Positions 41,605-54,873 of a DNA stretch of 64,000 nucleotides are shown here, piece after piece. Position numbers and translations under genes: made by a program. This DNA is from Octopus vulgaris (Eukaryota). The notes below the pieces were generated by a model. The model worked only from the letters and a program-made list of their open reading frames with translations, had not been told where the DNA came from and did not search any database. Location: contig OX597824.1 of the NCBI GenBank assembly GCA_951406725.2, positions 82,584,001 to 82,648,000 on the forward strand, in the 5' to 3' direction. Each line of letters begins with the position of its first letter. The stretch's first letter is position 1.

Positions 41605-41998
41605 CCCTTTTAAATCCTAGCCAGGCTCATGGGCTCGGTTTCCCGGTTTCAATGGCGTATGTGTACCCCAGTCCAGGAATCGAAACCACAATCTTACGAT
41701 CATGGTGTTGACACCCTAACCACTAAGCCACGCGCCTCCACAAAATAAATGCGTCCATTTTAAAGCCTAGCCAGGCTCATGGGCCCAGTTTCCCGGTTTC
41801 AATGGCGTATGTGTACCGCAGCTGGACGGGACGCCAGTCCATCGCAGCGTTACTCATTTTGGCCAGCTGAATGGACTGGAGCAACCTGAAATGAAGTGTT
41901 TTGCTCAAGAACACAACGCGTCGCCCAGTCCAGGAATCGAAACCACAATCTTACGATCATGGTGCTGACACCCTAACCACTAAGCCATGCGCCTCCAC
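41605..41998 (-). mobile_element. Two tandem tRNA-derived SINE copies, one internally deleted
   Basis: CCTAGCCAGGCTCATGGGC and CCCTAACCACTAAGCCA.GCGCCTCCAC each occur twice. Confidence 0.85.
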
Positions 41999-42731
41999 CT
42001 TAAACCGCAGAGAGCTTCTTTTTTTTTTACCCTTTTGGACCTCTGAGGTAACTTCATAAGGAATTCTACATGAAGCTTATTAATACGACCGATGAACAGT
42101 AAATGAGGTATAGCTAGCAAAATTACAGTCGATGCTACGAATTTAAAGACCATGGCAGCGACAATTATCTGAGGATAATGGAATTGTGGTAGCGCTTTCA
42201 TTAAGTAATTCAATACTATCGAAGTGAAAAAAATCAACCACCTTTTGTCTTTAACTATTACTTGTTTCAGTTATTAGATTGCAGCCATGCTGGAGCACTA
42301 CTTTGAATTGACACAAGTAAATATTTTCCTTATTTTTAAATCTGCTACTTATTCTATTGGGCTCTTTTGACAACCCGCTAAGTTACGACAACACCGATCG
42401 TTAGGTGGTGACCCGGGACAAACAAACACAAAAACACACAGCATACACACAGGATACACACATACACACATACACGCATGAAGGGCTTCCACACAATTTC
42501 CCTCAACCAAATTCAATGACAAAATATTGGTCGGCTCCGGGTTATAATCGGAGACATTTGCCCAAAGCGCCATGCAATCGAACTGGACCGGAAACCACGT
42601 GGTGGCAAAGCGATTTTCTTAACCACATTGGTCGGCTCCGAGCTATGATCGGAGACACTTGCCCAAAGTACCGCACAAAGCACACAGCTGTACATATTAT
42701 GTTTCATTTTTAGCTTAATATTGCAAAATTC

Positions 42732-43275
42732 TTAAGGCGGCGAGTTGGCAGAATCGTCAGCACGCTGAGCAAAATGCTTAGCGTCATTTCATCAGTCCTT
42801 ACGTTCTGGGTTCAAATTCTACCAATGTCGACTTTGCCTTTCATCCTTTCGCGCTCGATAAAATAGAATTAGTCGAGCACTGGGGTTGGCTCGATAAAAT
42901 AGAATCAGTCGAGCACTGGGGTTGGCTCGATAAAATAGAATTAGTCGAGCACTGGGGTTGGCTCGATAAAATAGAATCAGTCGAGCACTGGGGTTGGCTC
43001 GATAAAATAGAATCAGTCGAGCACTGGGGTTGGCTCGATAAAATAGAATCAGTCGAGCACTGGGGTTGGCTCGATAAAATAGAATCAGTCGAGCACTGGG
43101 GTTGGCTCGATAAAATAGAATCAGTCGAGCACTGGGGTTGGCTCGATAAAATAGAATTAGTCGAGCACTGGGGTTGGCTCGATAAAATAGAATCAGTCGA
43201 GCACTGGGGTTGATATAATTGACTTACCCTTACTCCGAGTTGCTGACCTTGGGCCAAAATTTCAGACCAACATTG
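42732..43275 (+). mobile_element. SINE family B with an internal minisatellite expansion
   Basis: TAAGGCGGCGAGTTGGCAGAATCG head, GGGTTCAAATTC B box, GCCTTTCATCCTTTCG core. Confidence 0.85.
42853..43212. repeat. 36-bp minisatellite x10 (GCTCGATAAAATAGAATYAGTCGAGCACTGGGGTTG)
   Basis: Ten contiguous units, one variable position, no spacers. Confidence 0.97.
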
Positions 43276-43356
43276 CAAAGTTCTTTTATTCTCTCTTTAA
43301 GTATCAGATCGGTTAGACTGTGTGAGGAATGGAAGTGCTTATAATTAGATGCATAT

Positions 43357-43755
43357 ACTCTTTTTACTCTTTTACTTGTTTCAGTCATTTGAATGCGGCC
43401 ATGCTGGAGCACCGCCTTTAGTCGAGCAACTCGACCCCGGGACTTATTCTCTGTAAGCCCAGTACTTATTCTATCAGTCTCTTTTTGCCGGACCGCTATG
43501 TGACGGGGACATAAACCCACCAGCATCGGTTGTCAAACACAGATACACAAACATACACGCACACACACATATACACGCACACACATATATACGACGGGCT
43601 TCTTTCAGTTTCTGTCTACCAAATCCACTCACAAGGCTTTGGTCGGCCCGAGGCTATAGTAGAAGACACTTGCCCAAAGTGCCACGCAGTGGGACTGAAC
43701 TCGGAACCATGTGGTTGGTAAGCAAGCTACTTACCACACAGCCACTCCTGCGCCT
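43357..43755 (-). mobile_element. SINE family A
   Basis: Reverse complement of the family consensus. Confidence 0.9.
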
Positions 43756-44478
43756 ATACATTATTACACTACATTACACATATATTACACAAATAGTACA
43801 CATTACACATATTATTACACACATTACACTATATACACATTATTACACTACATTAAGGCCTTCGGCCTCAATTCAAAAGAAAAACATTTGAAGACAAAAA
43901 ACAGTTGCTGTACAACTCGCAAAACGTCAGACCGCTATAATAAACGCTAGCATCAATATACTGTGTTATACGTACATCAATGCTAGTTTATCACGGATCT
44001 TTGTTTCCTCTTCATGAAGTAGCGCGTTAAATGAATCAGTGATAAATGAATGGTGGAACATATGGGGGAAATAAGTTTCATCTCAAGGCCCCAAGTTATC
44101 CCTTTAACGTAACTAGCAAAACAGTCAGCACACATTATGATGTTCCATATTTGGAAAAATATTTAGAGTAAAAATATTTTCATTTGATCTAATTTACAAT
44201 GTTATTACATATTTATTGAACTTAACGAAATCGTTATAATTTTATAAGGATACTTTTGGAATCAAAAAAAAAATCAAAGAAACGAGATGGTCGATGTTTC
44301 CCTATGTAGTTTTGATGATGTTCAATTATTAGAACTGGTACGTTACTTTTTATTGCATACACTAAAAAGTAAAACGTCGGACTATACAGAGACGATGGTT
44401 TAGCAGTGTCCCTCAATATGAATAAGCGCGCTACGGACAAATTCCGGTAAATTAATATATTTACACTGTTCGTCTATG

Positions 44479-44539
<61 letters not shown>

Positions 44540-44944
44540 TGTCGTCGTCATCAACATCATCGTCATCATCAACATAATCATCATCATCGATGCCACGACC
44601 ATCCTCGTCGTCATCATCGTTCTTGTCGTCGTCGTAGCCGTGGTCATCGTCGTGTGGCCGTGGTCGTCGTCGTCATCAACATCAACATCAGCATCATCAT
44701 TAACATTCTCGTCACCGTCGTCATCATCGTCGTCGTCGAAGACGTCATTATCCCCGTCATCAGCAGCATCGTCACCACCACCACCACCACCACCACCACC
44801 ACCACCACCATCACCGCCACCACCGCCATTAATATCATCATCGTCGTCATAATGCATCAACAGTCTTCCAAAAATGTCTCCTTGTGTTTCAACTCTTTTT
44901 TTCGATCATAAACATTAATGTGCCAATATGGAAAGCAAGCAAGC

Positions 44945-44984
<40 letters not shown>

Positions 44985-45252
44985 AAAAGAAAGAAAGGAA
45001 GAAAGAAAGAAAGAAAGAAATAGAAATAAAAAGAGAAAAGAAAATAGGACGAAAAAAATAAATATACAATAAAATATAGCAACAAGCCGAAACAAAATGG
45101 CTGCCGACATATATGTTCTAACGGTGCTACCGAATCCTTGACAGCTTAATTCCTTCTAAAATATACAAGCAAAAGAATGATGGCAGGTGCCAAATGTTGC
45201 CAACATTATTAGGCACCGTCCTACTTTCCTTCTTTCCCGCCCATTTACATTC

Positions 45253-45333
<81 letters not shown>

Positions 45334-45433
45334 ATCATATTCCTTCCCTCCCACTCGTCCTGCATAATGCCGCCGCTGTAAGTGTTTATTTTAAACAAAT
45401 TGAAAAGAAATTTCATCGTGGCGTTTGACTTCC

Positions 45434-45464
<31 letters not shown>

Positions 45465-45625
45465 TAATTGAAACAGACAAACGCATAAATGAAAGAGAAC
45501 AAACAAATAATGAACAAAGCTCAGAAACCAAGACAAATTAAGACGGCAGCCATTTTTACCTTTCATATATAAAACGGGCGCAGATACGTATGTGAACACA
45601 CAAACGCACATATGTACGTATGTAT

Positions 45626-46020
45626 GAGTGGCTGTGTGGTAAGTAGCTTCCTAACCAACCACATGGTTCCGGGTTCAGTCCCACTGCGTGGCATCTTGGG
45701 CAAGTGTCTTCTGCTATAGCCCCGGGCCGACCAATGCCTTGTGAATGGATTTGGTAGACGGAAACTGAAAGAAGCCTGTCGTATATATGTATATATATAT
45801 GTGTGTATGTGTGTGTGCTTGTCCCCCTAGCATTGCTTGACAACCGATGCTGGTGTGTTTACGTCCCCGTCACTTAGCGGTTCGGCAAAAGAGACTGATA
45901 GAATAAGTACTGGGCTTACAAAGAATAAGTCCCGGGGTCGATTTGCTCGACTAAAGGCGGTGCTCCAGCATGGCCGCAGTCAAATGACTGAAACAAGTAA
46001 AAGAGTAAAAGAGTAAAAGA

Positions 46021-46022
<2 letters not shown>
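45626..46022 (+). mobile_element. SINE family A
   Basis: Matches the family consensus. Confidence 0.9.
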
Positions 46023-46068
<46 letters not shown>

Positions 46069-46274
46069 GTACATACGTATATATAATAGCACAATATTAC
46101 GCTTATAAGTAAATAAACGTATACTATTAGGATCTCTAAGACGTTGACTGATGAGGAATCAGCTACGAATTTTCCGTGTGTTACGGTTTTGTCAAATTTT
46201 CCATTTGTTATATTTTTGTCATATTTTCTGGTTGATATGTTTTTATAAAAAATCCTTGAAATACATACATATAC

Positions 46275-46326
<52 letters not shown>

Positions 46327-46330
46327 GGGG

Positions 46331-46366
<36 letters not shown>

Positions 46367-46634
46367 GTACATCGATGCTAGTTTATCACGGATGTTTGTT
46401 TCCCCTTCATAAAGTAGCGCGTTAAATGAATCAGTGATAAATGAATGGTGGAACATATGGGGGAAATAAGTTTCATCTCAAGGCCCCAAGTTATCCCTTT
46501 AACCTCCCTAAACAACATCTCCAAACAGTTTTTAAACACACATAATGATATTCCATATTTGGAAAAATATTTAGAGTAAAAATATTTTCATTTGATCTAA
46601 TTTACAATGTTATTACATATTAAGATTTTTTCCC

Positions 46635-47220
<586 letters not shown>

Positions 47221-47240
47221 TTGTTCCATTTTACTCATCC

Positions 47241-47543
47241 CAGTTATTCTCAGCTGAGGTCCATATTGCTCCTGATGGTCCGTATAAGATTTTGAGAGGT
47301 CTACGCAACAAAATAGTGACTTGGGGACCCACAATAGCATTTTAAGTGCCCCTGAAGAAATTTTGCTTTAGATGTATATATTGGTATGTAAGAAACAGCT
47401 AGGTTTTTTGTCTAACAAAATAGGAATTTTGAAAGAAGTTTCTATGAATGTAGTTTTTAAACGTTGTATAGCAATAGGGGTCCACCAGAATAAAATAGTA
47501 ATCAAAGGGGTCCATAGATAGAAAAATTGCTTGAGAACCTCTG
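47241..47543. mobile_element. hAT (Charlie-like) MITE remnant
   Basis: Ends CAGTTATTCTCA and TTGAGAACCTCTG; repeated GGGGTCC/GGTCC subterminal motifs; no clear TSD. Confidence 0.5.
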
Positions 47544-47959
47544 AGCTAAACAAACATAACAATTGGAAGTCAACCATTAAAGAACACCCAAAGACCGTCG
47601 AATCACTTAAACATTTATTTGTAATGAGGTAAAAAAAAATTTCGTCGCTCAAAACTGCAACCTGTCCAGAGATCCTGTCTTTGAAACTCTCAGTCCTTCA
47701 GTACTCCGGTTAATGTTGTATATTTCGAAAAATGGGGCAGCAACAAGAGATGGTGAGGACAAAAAGGAAGAAGAAATATGAAGGGCAGCTGATACCAAAA
47801 ATCATTGATAATTGACCATTTATGGGTGCCCAACCAGAACCACTGACCAATACCTAGAAAATTAAAAGCAACAAAGAAACAGCGTAAGCGATATATATCG
47901 CTGAATTTTCGGAAATTTTCCGACACAACACAATATTTTGTTTTCTTTTTGTCAGTAAA

Positions 47960-48520
47960 ATTTGAAGAAATTTGAATATCAGAACGTAAGGACGGACGAA
48001 ATGCCGGTATGCATTTTTGCCCAACGTACTAACATCTATGCCAGTTCTACTATAGACATATATTTCTTTATTGCCCACAAGGGGCTAAACATAGAGGGGA
48101 CAAACAATGACAGACAAAGAGATTAAGTCGATTACATCGACCCCAGTGCGTAACTGGTACTTAACTTATTAACCCTGAAAGGATGAAAGGCAAAGTCGAC
48201 CTCGGCGGAATTTGAACTCAGAACGTAACGGCAGACGAAATACCGCTAAGCATTTCGCCCGGCGTGCTAACGATTCTGCCAGCTCGCCGCCTTAGTTTTA
48301 CTATAGACATAAAGCCTGAAATTTTACGGGGAGCGGGATGGTTGATAACATCGACCCCATTACTCATCTGGTACTTATTTTATCAACTCCGAAAGGATGA
48401 AAGGATGAAAGGCGAAGTCGACCTCGGTGGAATTTGAACTCAGAACGTAAGGGGCGGACGAAATGCCGGTAAGCTTTTTTACCCATCGTACTAACAGCTA
48501 TGCCAGAATGCCGCCTTACG
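47960..48520 (-). mobile_element. Stack of SINE family B copies
   Basis: AAGTCGACCTCGGCGGAATTTGAACTCAGAACGTAA repeated; the unit at 48060-48294 is flanked by a TACTATAGACATA direct repeat. Confidence 0.85.
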
Positions 48521-49360
48521 TAATACTATGATTAATAGCATGTAAATAAGAGGCTGGAAAATCCAAGAAAAAGTCGACAACAGCCTTTGACTTTTTCTGT
48601 TCAAGTGTTCAAGATAAAAGATAAAAGATTTATTTAAGCTAGTCAAGAGTGTGTTCGTTACTCCTAATTTAATTATTTAATAATTATCAATTCAAAAGCA
48701 TTACGCTTGATTTAATTAACAAGTTGTTTAATAATTATCAACTTATGAACGCTATCTCTAATTTTTAATTGTATTTTGATTATTTCTTTTTCATTCACTT
48801 AAAAAAAATCTAAAGAATTCATCGTGGTTTAATGATCCATTAATTTTTTAAAAAAAGATTTTCATTTATCTCATCTATATATTTTGATGGCGTCATAAAA
48901 ATTTGCAAATTTTCGACAGAACGTAAAAAAATTCTTTTTTTAAGAACAGTGGATATTGAAACACATAAAGCTGTGTATATAAATATTGTAAGAAGGGTGT
49001 CCCTTTTTCTGTTTTCCTTATAGATAATATCTTAATTCCTTTATCTTTCCCTTGTTTCTCTCATTGGACATTGGCGATGCTGGGGCGCCACCTGGAGGGC
49101 TTTTAGTCGGATAAGGTCTCCAGCATTGTATATAGATAAGGGTTGCTTTCTCGGGACGAATATTGCAGTTAAGTAGGCTTTCAATGATATATCTGCATAA
49201 GTATCATACACCGATTGATATACATACATAAATATATACATACATATGTATACACACACACACACGCACACACACACACACACATACACACACAAACACA
49301 CACATATATGCGTGTGTGTGTGTGTATATATATATATGCATGTATGTATGTATGTATGTG

Positions 49361-49391
<31 letters not shown>

Positions 49392-49588
49392 ATGTATTTA
49401 TGTATGAATGTATGTGTGCGTATGTATATATATATGTGTGTGTGTGCATGTATGTATGCCCGTATGCATGTATGTATGTATGTATGTATGTATGTAAGTA
49501 TGCATGTATGTGCGTGTGTGTACACGTTCACGTTTGCAAATAGGCGAAAAGAATTTAAAACATTGTATAAGGTGCGAGTAAAAGAAAA

Positions 49589-49660
<72 letters not shown>

Positions 49661-50804
49661 AGAGAAAACTGTTATGGCAAGGAAAACATAGAAAACCAAA
49701 CCAAACAAAACAAAACCAATAGAATCGTGGGTGAAAGTGTGAACGAGAGATGTCAGAAAGATAGCAGTTATTGAAAAACAGCCAATGGGATGTCCTCCAA
49801 CTGACAATTGGCAAGTGAAGAAGACTTCGATATTTCTCTATTTTTGTAATCTATCGAAGTTGTTTAAGAACGCTATCATCTTCGCCACCGCCACCACCTC
49901 CACCATTACCACCGTCACCACACTTCCCAGCACCCCCGCCGCCGCCACCAACGGTCGTACCACTTGAATTAACACCATCGATAATGCACCTCACCACCAG
50001 CACGGCCACACACGCGACCGACACCACCGCTGGTGGTTTCGCCATTAGCACCATCACCATCACCAGCAGTAGCAGCAGTAGCAGCAGCAGCAGCAGCACT
50101 TACGGTAGCAGCAAGAACATCACAATCACGAAGCACTGCAAATCACCACCGTCATAACCACCCTCACCACCATCATCACTATCATCGTCAGAACCACTAT
50201 CACCACCACCACCACAACCATCACCAACATCATTACCACCATCATATTCATCTCCGTCGTCACCTCTGCCACCATCGGTACCATTACAGCCATCACTGTC
50301 GCCACCATCACCACTACCATCAGCATGACCATCACCATCACCGCCATCACCAAAACTGTCATCAACACTACCACTGCCGCCTCAACGTAAAATATACTAA
50401 CACCCACTTTACTATTAAGTTCTCGGGCAGAATGCGCCTCTGGGTCTGTCTTCCCATTCCGTCTGTTAATTTATACCGGTGTAAGGCAAGTGGTACGGAA
50501 AGGGAGCATTGTTATTTTTAGTTTATTTCTTTACTTCTTTTAAAAACTTGTGCCCTTCAGGAATTTTGTGCCCAGGCAACCGTCCCCGAGGCCGCGTTCA
50601 TGCTACGCTATACCATTCAAATGTTTCTTATTTGCTTCTTTAGTTGCTCTAAATCTGGCTGCGACGTTTAAATTTTGTCCAAGGAAACAATGATTACACT
50701 TGTGTGTGATTTGATTCCGGGATAAGTAAGTCGGATTTAGGAGAAAATAGGAAAAATTGAAAAAGGAAACATACGTTTAGGATGTTATTAAAAATATATA
50801 TATC

Positions 50805-50965
50805 TTCATATTGTCTACATACGTTTCGATGGATACATTCAAAATACGTCTATTTGATGAGCGTTGTTGTTTATATCTTTCCTGATTAGATTGACGTATA
50901 GCTGACCATACTTCCTGAGAGAAGTATTTTGAATGCATCTATCGAAACATGTAGAAGATATGAAG
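50805..50965. mobile_element. Penelope-like inverted-repeat fragment with a hammerhead remnant
   Basis: GTTTCGATGGATACATTCAAAATAC pairs with GTATTTTGAATGCATCTATCGAAAC; CTTC-CTGA...CGAAACATGTA-GAAG. Confidence 0.5.
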
Positions 50966-51016
50966 ATATGAATTTTAGATAACAACCTGGGTGTTTGTCA
51001 TCTTTTTCAAGTATTC

Positions 51017-51059
<43 letters not shown>

Positions 51060-51067
51060 CCTTTCAA

Positions 51068-51268
51068 AATGTGACCTCGTGTGTACCGTTGGCGATTTTT
51101 TTCCTCTGTCTTCCCTTCTCTGGATCTTTCCTTCTCCTATGTTTCCGACGAAGAGCTCCGCTCGAAACGTTAAACCCCCTTCTTTCCTTCTTTCCTGAGC
51201 GTCCAATAATACTATATTTGTTCCACGTCCTCGCGTTGTTGTGTTTTTTTGTGCTTTCTTGTTTGGAT

Positions 51269-51273
<5 letters not shown>
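51068..51273 (+). mobile_element. ~206-bp non-autonomous hammerhead-bearing element (U4C family)
   Basis: Closely similar inverted copy with the same boundaries at 54376-54583; flanked by (CA)n and (TA)n. Confidence 0.8.
51141..51175 (+). ncRNA. Minimal hammerhead ribozyme variant (core CCGACGA)
   Basis: Stem I GTTT/AAAC; CCGACGA+A; GAGC-tcc-GCTC; GAAAC-GTT. Confidence 0.7.
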
Positions 51274-51313
<40 letters not shown>

Positions 51314-51736
51314 TGATGTTGGTGTGTATACGTCCCCGTAACTTAGCGCTTCAGTAAAAAGAGATCGATAGAATAAGTACTAGGCTTACAATCAATAAGG
51401 CCTGGGTCGATTTGTTCGACTAAAGGTAATGCTCCAACATGGCCGCAGTCAAATGACTGAAACAAATAAAAGAATATATATATATATATATAAGAATATA
51501 TTGATAGAAATGTCAACAACCAAATACACTCAGAAAGCATTTGGTGGGCCCGTAGCTATAGGAGACACTCAGGGTGCCACGCAGTGATACTGAACCTGGA
51601 CCCATTTGGTCGGGAAGTAAACTTCTTACCACACTACCACATACACACACGCACCTACGCACGCACATATCCACACACGCACATGCACACGCACATACAC
51701 ACAACAATCATATACGTACATATATATAAAAACGAC

Positions 51737-51812
<76 letters not shown>

Positions 51813-52374
51813 GTTGTTTTTTTTTTTGTTTTGTTTTGTTCCTTTTTTTTAATAGTGTCACATCGCCATGTTTTCTGAGAACATTGACTGGTAAATATGT
51901 CACAGAGAATTCCCAAAGGAGGTCAATAATCCTTCCTGAAAATGTCCGTCAAAGTGTCATTAACAATTGCCTACCATTCAGTTGTGCCGTTGCTGAAATC
52001 TCAAAAAGAAAAAGAAAGCAAAAACTCTGCCTTTGACACTTGCCAACTTCCAACTACTCTTCCACATTGGTCTGTGTGACTCAAATACCTTCCTAAAAAT
52101 AATTTTCAACTTTGACCCCTAGCATGTAGGGAGTAGGGAAGGGTTTTCATTCTTCTTAAACAAGACGAGACTCGAAAACGTCACGCCGTACTGCAAAGGA
52201 TACATGTCATTAACAACCCTTGTTAAGAGAATATTTTCTACTACAGGCACAAGGCCTGGATTTTATGGGCAGGGGGGACAGTCGATAATATCGACCCCAG
52301 TATTCAACTGGTACTTGATTTAACTCGTTAAGACAATAGAATAAGAGAACAGCATCTTCAGAAGTTAAGATATA

Positions 52375-53702
52375 CTCTCGTTACTCGTTTACTTGTTTCA
52401 GTCATTTGACTGTGGCCATGCTGGAGCACCGCCTTTAATCGAGCAACTCGACCCCGGGACTTATTCTTTCGTAAGCCTAGTACTTATTCTATCGGTTTCT
52501 TTTGCCGAACGGGCTAAGTTACGGAGACGTAAACTCACAAACATCGGTTGTCAAGCGATTTTGGGGGACAAACACAGATACACAAACATATACACACACG
52601 TACACATACATATATATATATACATATACGACGGGCTTCTTCTCTCTCTCTCACTCTCTCTCTCTCTCTCTCTAAATATGTGTGTGTATGTGTATATTTA
52701 TGCGTGTATGACTGTGTCTGTATTTGTCACTACAATTACCGCTTGATGGCCGGTGTTGGTGTGTTTATGTCCCCTTAACTAAGCGATTCGGCAAAAGTTA
52801 CCGATACAATAGACTTACAAAGAATAAGCCTTGGGGTCCATTTCTTCGATTAAATTCCTTTAAGGCGGGCTCCAGCATGGCTGCATTCAAATGACCGGAA
52901 GAGGTAAAAGAATCAAAGAACATATACAGGTGTAGCTGTGTTGTAAGCTTGCTTCCCAACCACATGGTTCCTGGTTCAGTCCCACTGCGTGGCACCTTGG
53001 GCGTGTGTCTTCTACTATAGCCTCGGGCCGACCAAAGCCTTGTGAATGGATTTGGTAGACGGAAACTGAAAGAAGCCTGGTTGACATATATGCGTCTATG
53101 TTTAGGTGTGTGTGTGCCTTTGTGTCTGTGTTTGTCCTCCACTCTCACTTAACAGCCGGTGTTGGTGTGTTTACGTCCCCATGACCTAGAGGTTCGACAG
53201 AATAAGTACCACACTTCAAAAAATGAATAAGTTCGAGAGTTGCTTTGTTTGGCTAATGCCCTTGAAGTGCAGACGTGGCTGTCTGGTAAGAAGTTTGCTT
53301 CCGGGTTCAGTTCCACTGCGTTGAAATTTGGGCAAGTGTCATCTCCACTACAGCCTCAGGCCACCGAAAGCCTTATCAGTGGATCTTGTCGACGGAAGCT
53401 GCAAAAAGCCCGTCGTATTTATATGCATGTGGGGGAATCTTCCTGTCTGTGTTTGTCCCCTACCACCGACATTCCTTCGTCTATGTTCCCGTAACGTAGC
53501 CGTTCGGCGAAAGAAACCGATGGAATTAGTACCAGGCTTTAAGAAGCATATTAGTACTGGGGTGACGATTCAATCCACTTAAAATTCTTCAAAGCAGTGC
53601 CCCAGCATGGCTGCATTGACTGATACAAGTAAAAGAAACGATAAGAAGTATATATAAACACACATGCATGTATGTATGTATGTATGCATGTATGTATGTA
53701 TG

Positions 53703-53756
<54 letters not shown>

Positions 53757-54161
53757 GGGGCAGGAGCGGCTGTGTGGTAAGTAGCTTGCTAACCAACCAC
53801 ATGGTTCAGGGTTCAGTCCCACTGCGTGGCATCTTGGGCAAGTGTCTTCTGCTATAGCCCCGGGCCGACCAATGCCTTGTGAGTGGATTTGGTAGACGGA
53901 AACTGAAAGAAGCCTGTCGTATATATGTATATATATATATATGTGTGTATGTTTGTGTGTCTGTGTTTGTCCCCCTAGCATTGCTTGACAACCGATGCTG
54001 GTGTGTTTATGTCCCCGTTACTTAGCGGTTCGGCAAAAGAGACCGATAGAATAAGTACTAGGCTTACAAAGAATAATTCCTGGGGTCGATTTGCTCGACT
54101 AAAGGCGGTGCTCCAGCATGGCCGCAGTCAAAATGACTGAAACAAGTAAAAGAGTAAAAGA

Positions 54162-54163
<2 letters not shown>
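52375..54163. mobile_element. Dense cluster of SINE family A copies (52375-52640 -, 52720-52920 +, 52929-53210 +, 53270-53640 +, 53758-54163 +)
   Basis: Repeated family head and tail motifs at varying divergence. Confidence 0.85.
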
Positions 54164-54219
<56 letters not shown>

Positions 54220-54375
54220 GAAAAATACAAACTGGGGCAAGAACGTAAAACATTTAGAAGACGATACAAAAAACACGGACGGGACATTCGAAGCCTTCAA
54301 TCTTCAGTCAAGAACCGGATCATCCTAGCAATTTGGGCTGATTAAGTATGTGTGTGTGTGTGTGTATACATATAA

Positions 54376-54583
54376 AGTTGATCCAAACAAGAAAGCACAA
54401 AAAACACAACAACGCGAGGACGTGGAACAAATATAGTATTATTGGACACTCAGGGAAGAAGGAAAGAAGGAGGGTTTAACGTTTCGAGCGGAGCTCTTCG
54501 TCGGAAACATAGAAGAAGGAAAGATCCCGAGAAGGGAAGACGGAGGAAAAAAAAATCGCCAACGGTACACACGCGGTCACATT
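54376..54583 (-). mobile_element. ~206-bp non-autonomous hammerhead-bearing element (U4C family)
   Basis: Reverse complement of 51068-51273. Confidence 0.8.
54474..54508 (-). ncRNA. Minimal hammerhead ribozyme variant (core CCGACGA)
   Basis: Same motif as 51141-51175, on the minus strand. Confidence 0.7.
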
Positions 54584-54620
54584 ATACACACATTTATATA
54601 TATACATATGTATATATATA

Positions 54621-54834
54621 TTCTTTATTCTTATATTTGTTTCTGTCATCTGACTGCAGCCATGCTGGAGCACCGCCTTTAGTCGAGCGAATAAACCCCA
54701 GGACTTAGTAAACGTAGTAATTGTTTTATCGGTTCTCTTTTGCCGAACGGCTAAGTTACGGGGACGCAAACACACCAACATCGGTTGTCAAGCGATGTTG
54801 GGAGGACAAATACAGATACACAAATCTGCCCCCA

Positions 54835-54873
<39 letters not shown>

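Larger units (their letters stand above)
41263..44470 (+). pseudogene. Fragmented Penelope-like element reverse transcriptase (pieces 41263-41590, 42000-42245, 44215-44470)
   Basis: Collinear decayed motifs: PKNPLQNKNVVRFEIDLINRIK; GNKSQ..LYE..LLNNIT; NFIRNST*SL..SK*GIASKITVD..W; DVSLCSFDDVQLLELV; NVGLYRDDGLAV (RT catalytic YRDD). Confidence 0.8.

Noticed and set aside
42853-43212. CRISPR array (36-bp palindromic repeats)
   Set aside because: Units are contiguous with no spacers, derive from a SINE, and there are no cas genes; the context is eukaryotic.
46148-46175. CTGATGAG as another hammerhead
   Set aside because: No stem II or GAAA-NUH arrangement follows.
51855-51995. Micro-exon candidates on both strands
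   Set aside because: Mutually incompatible and expected by chance next to poly-T/poly-A tracts.
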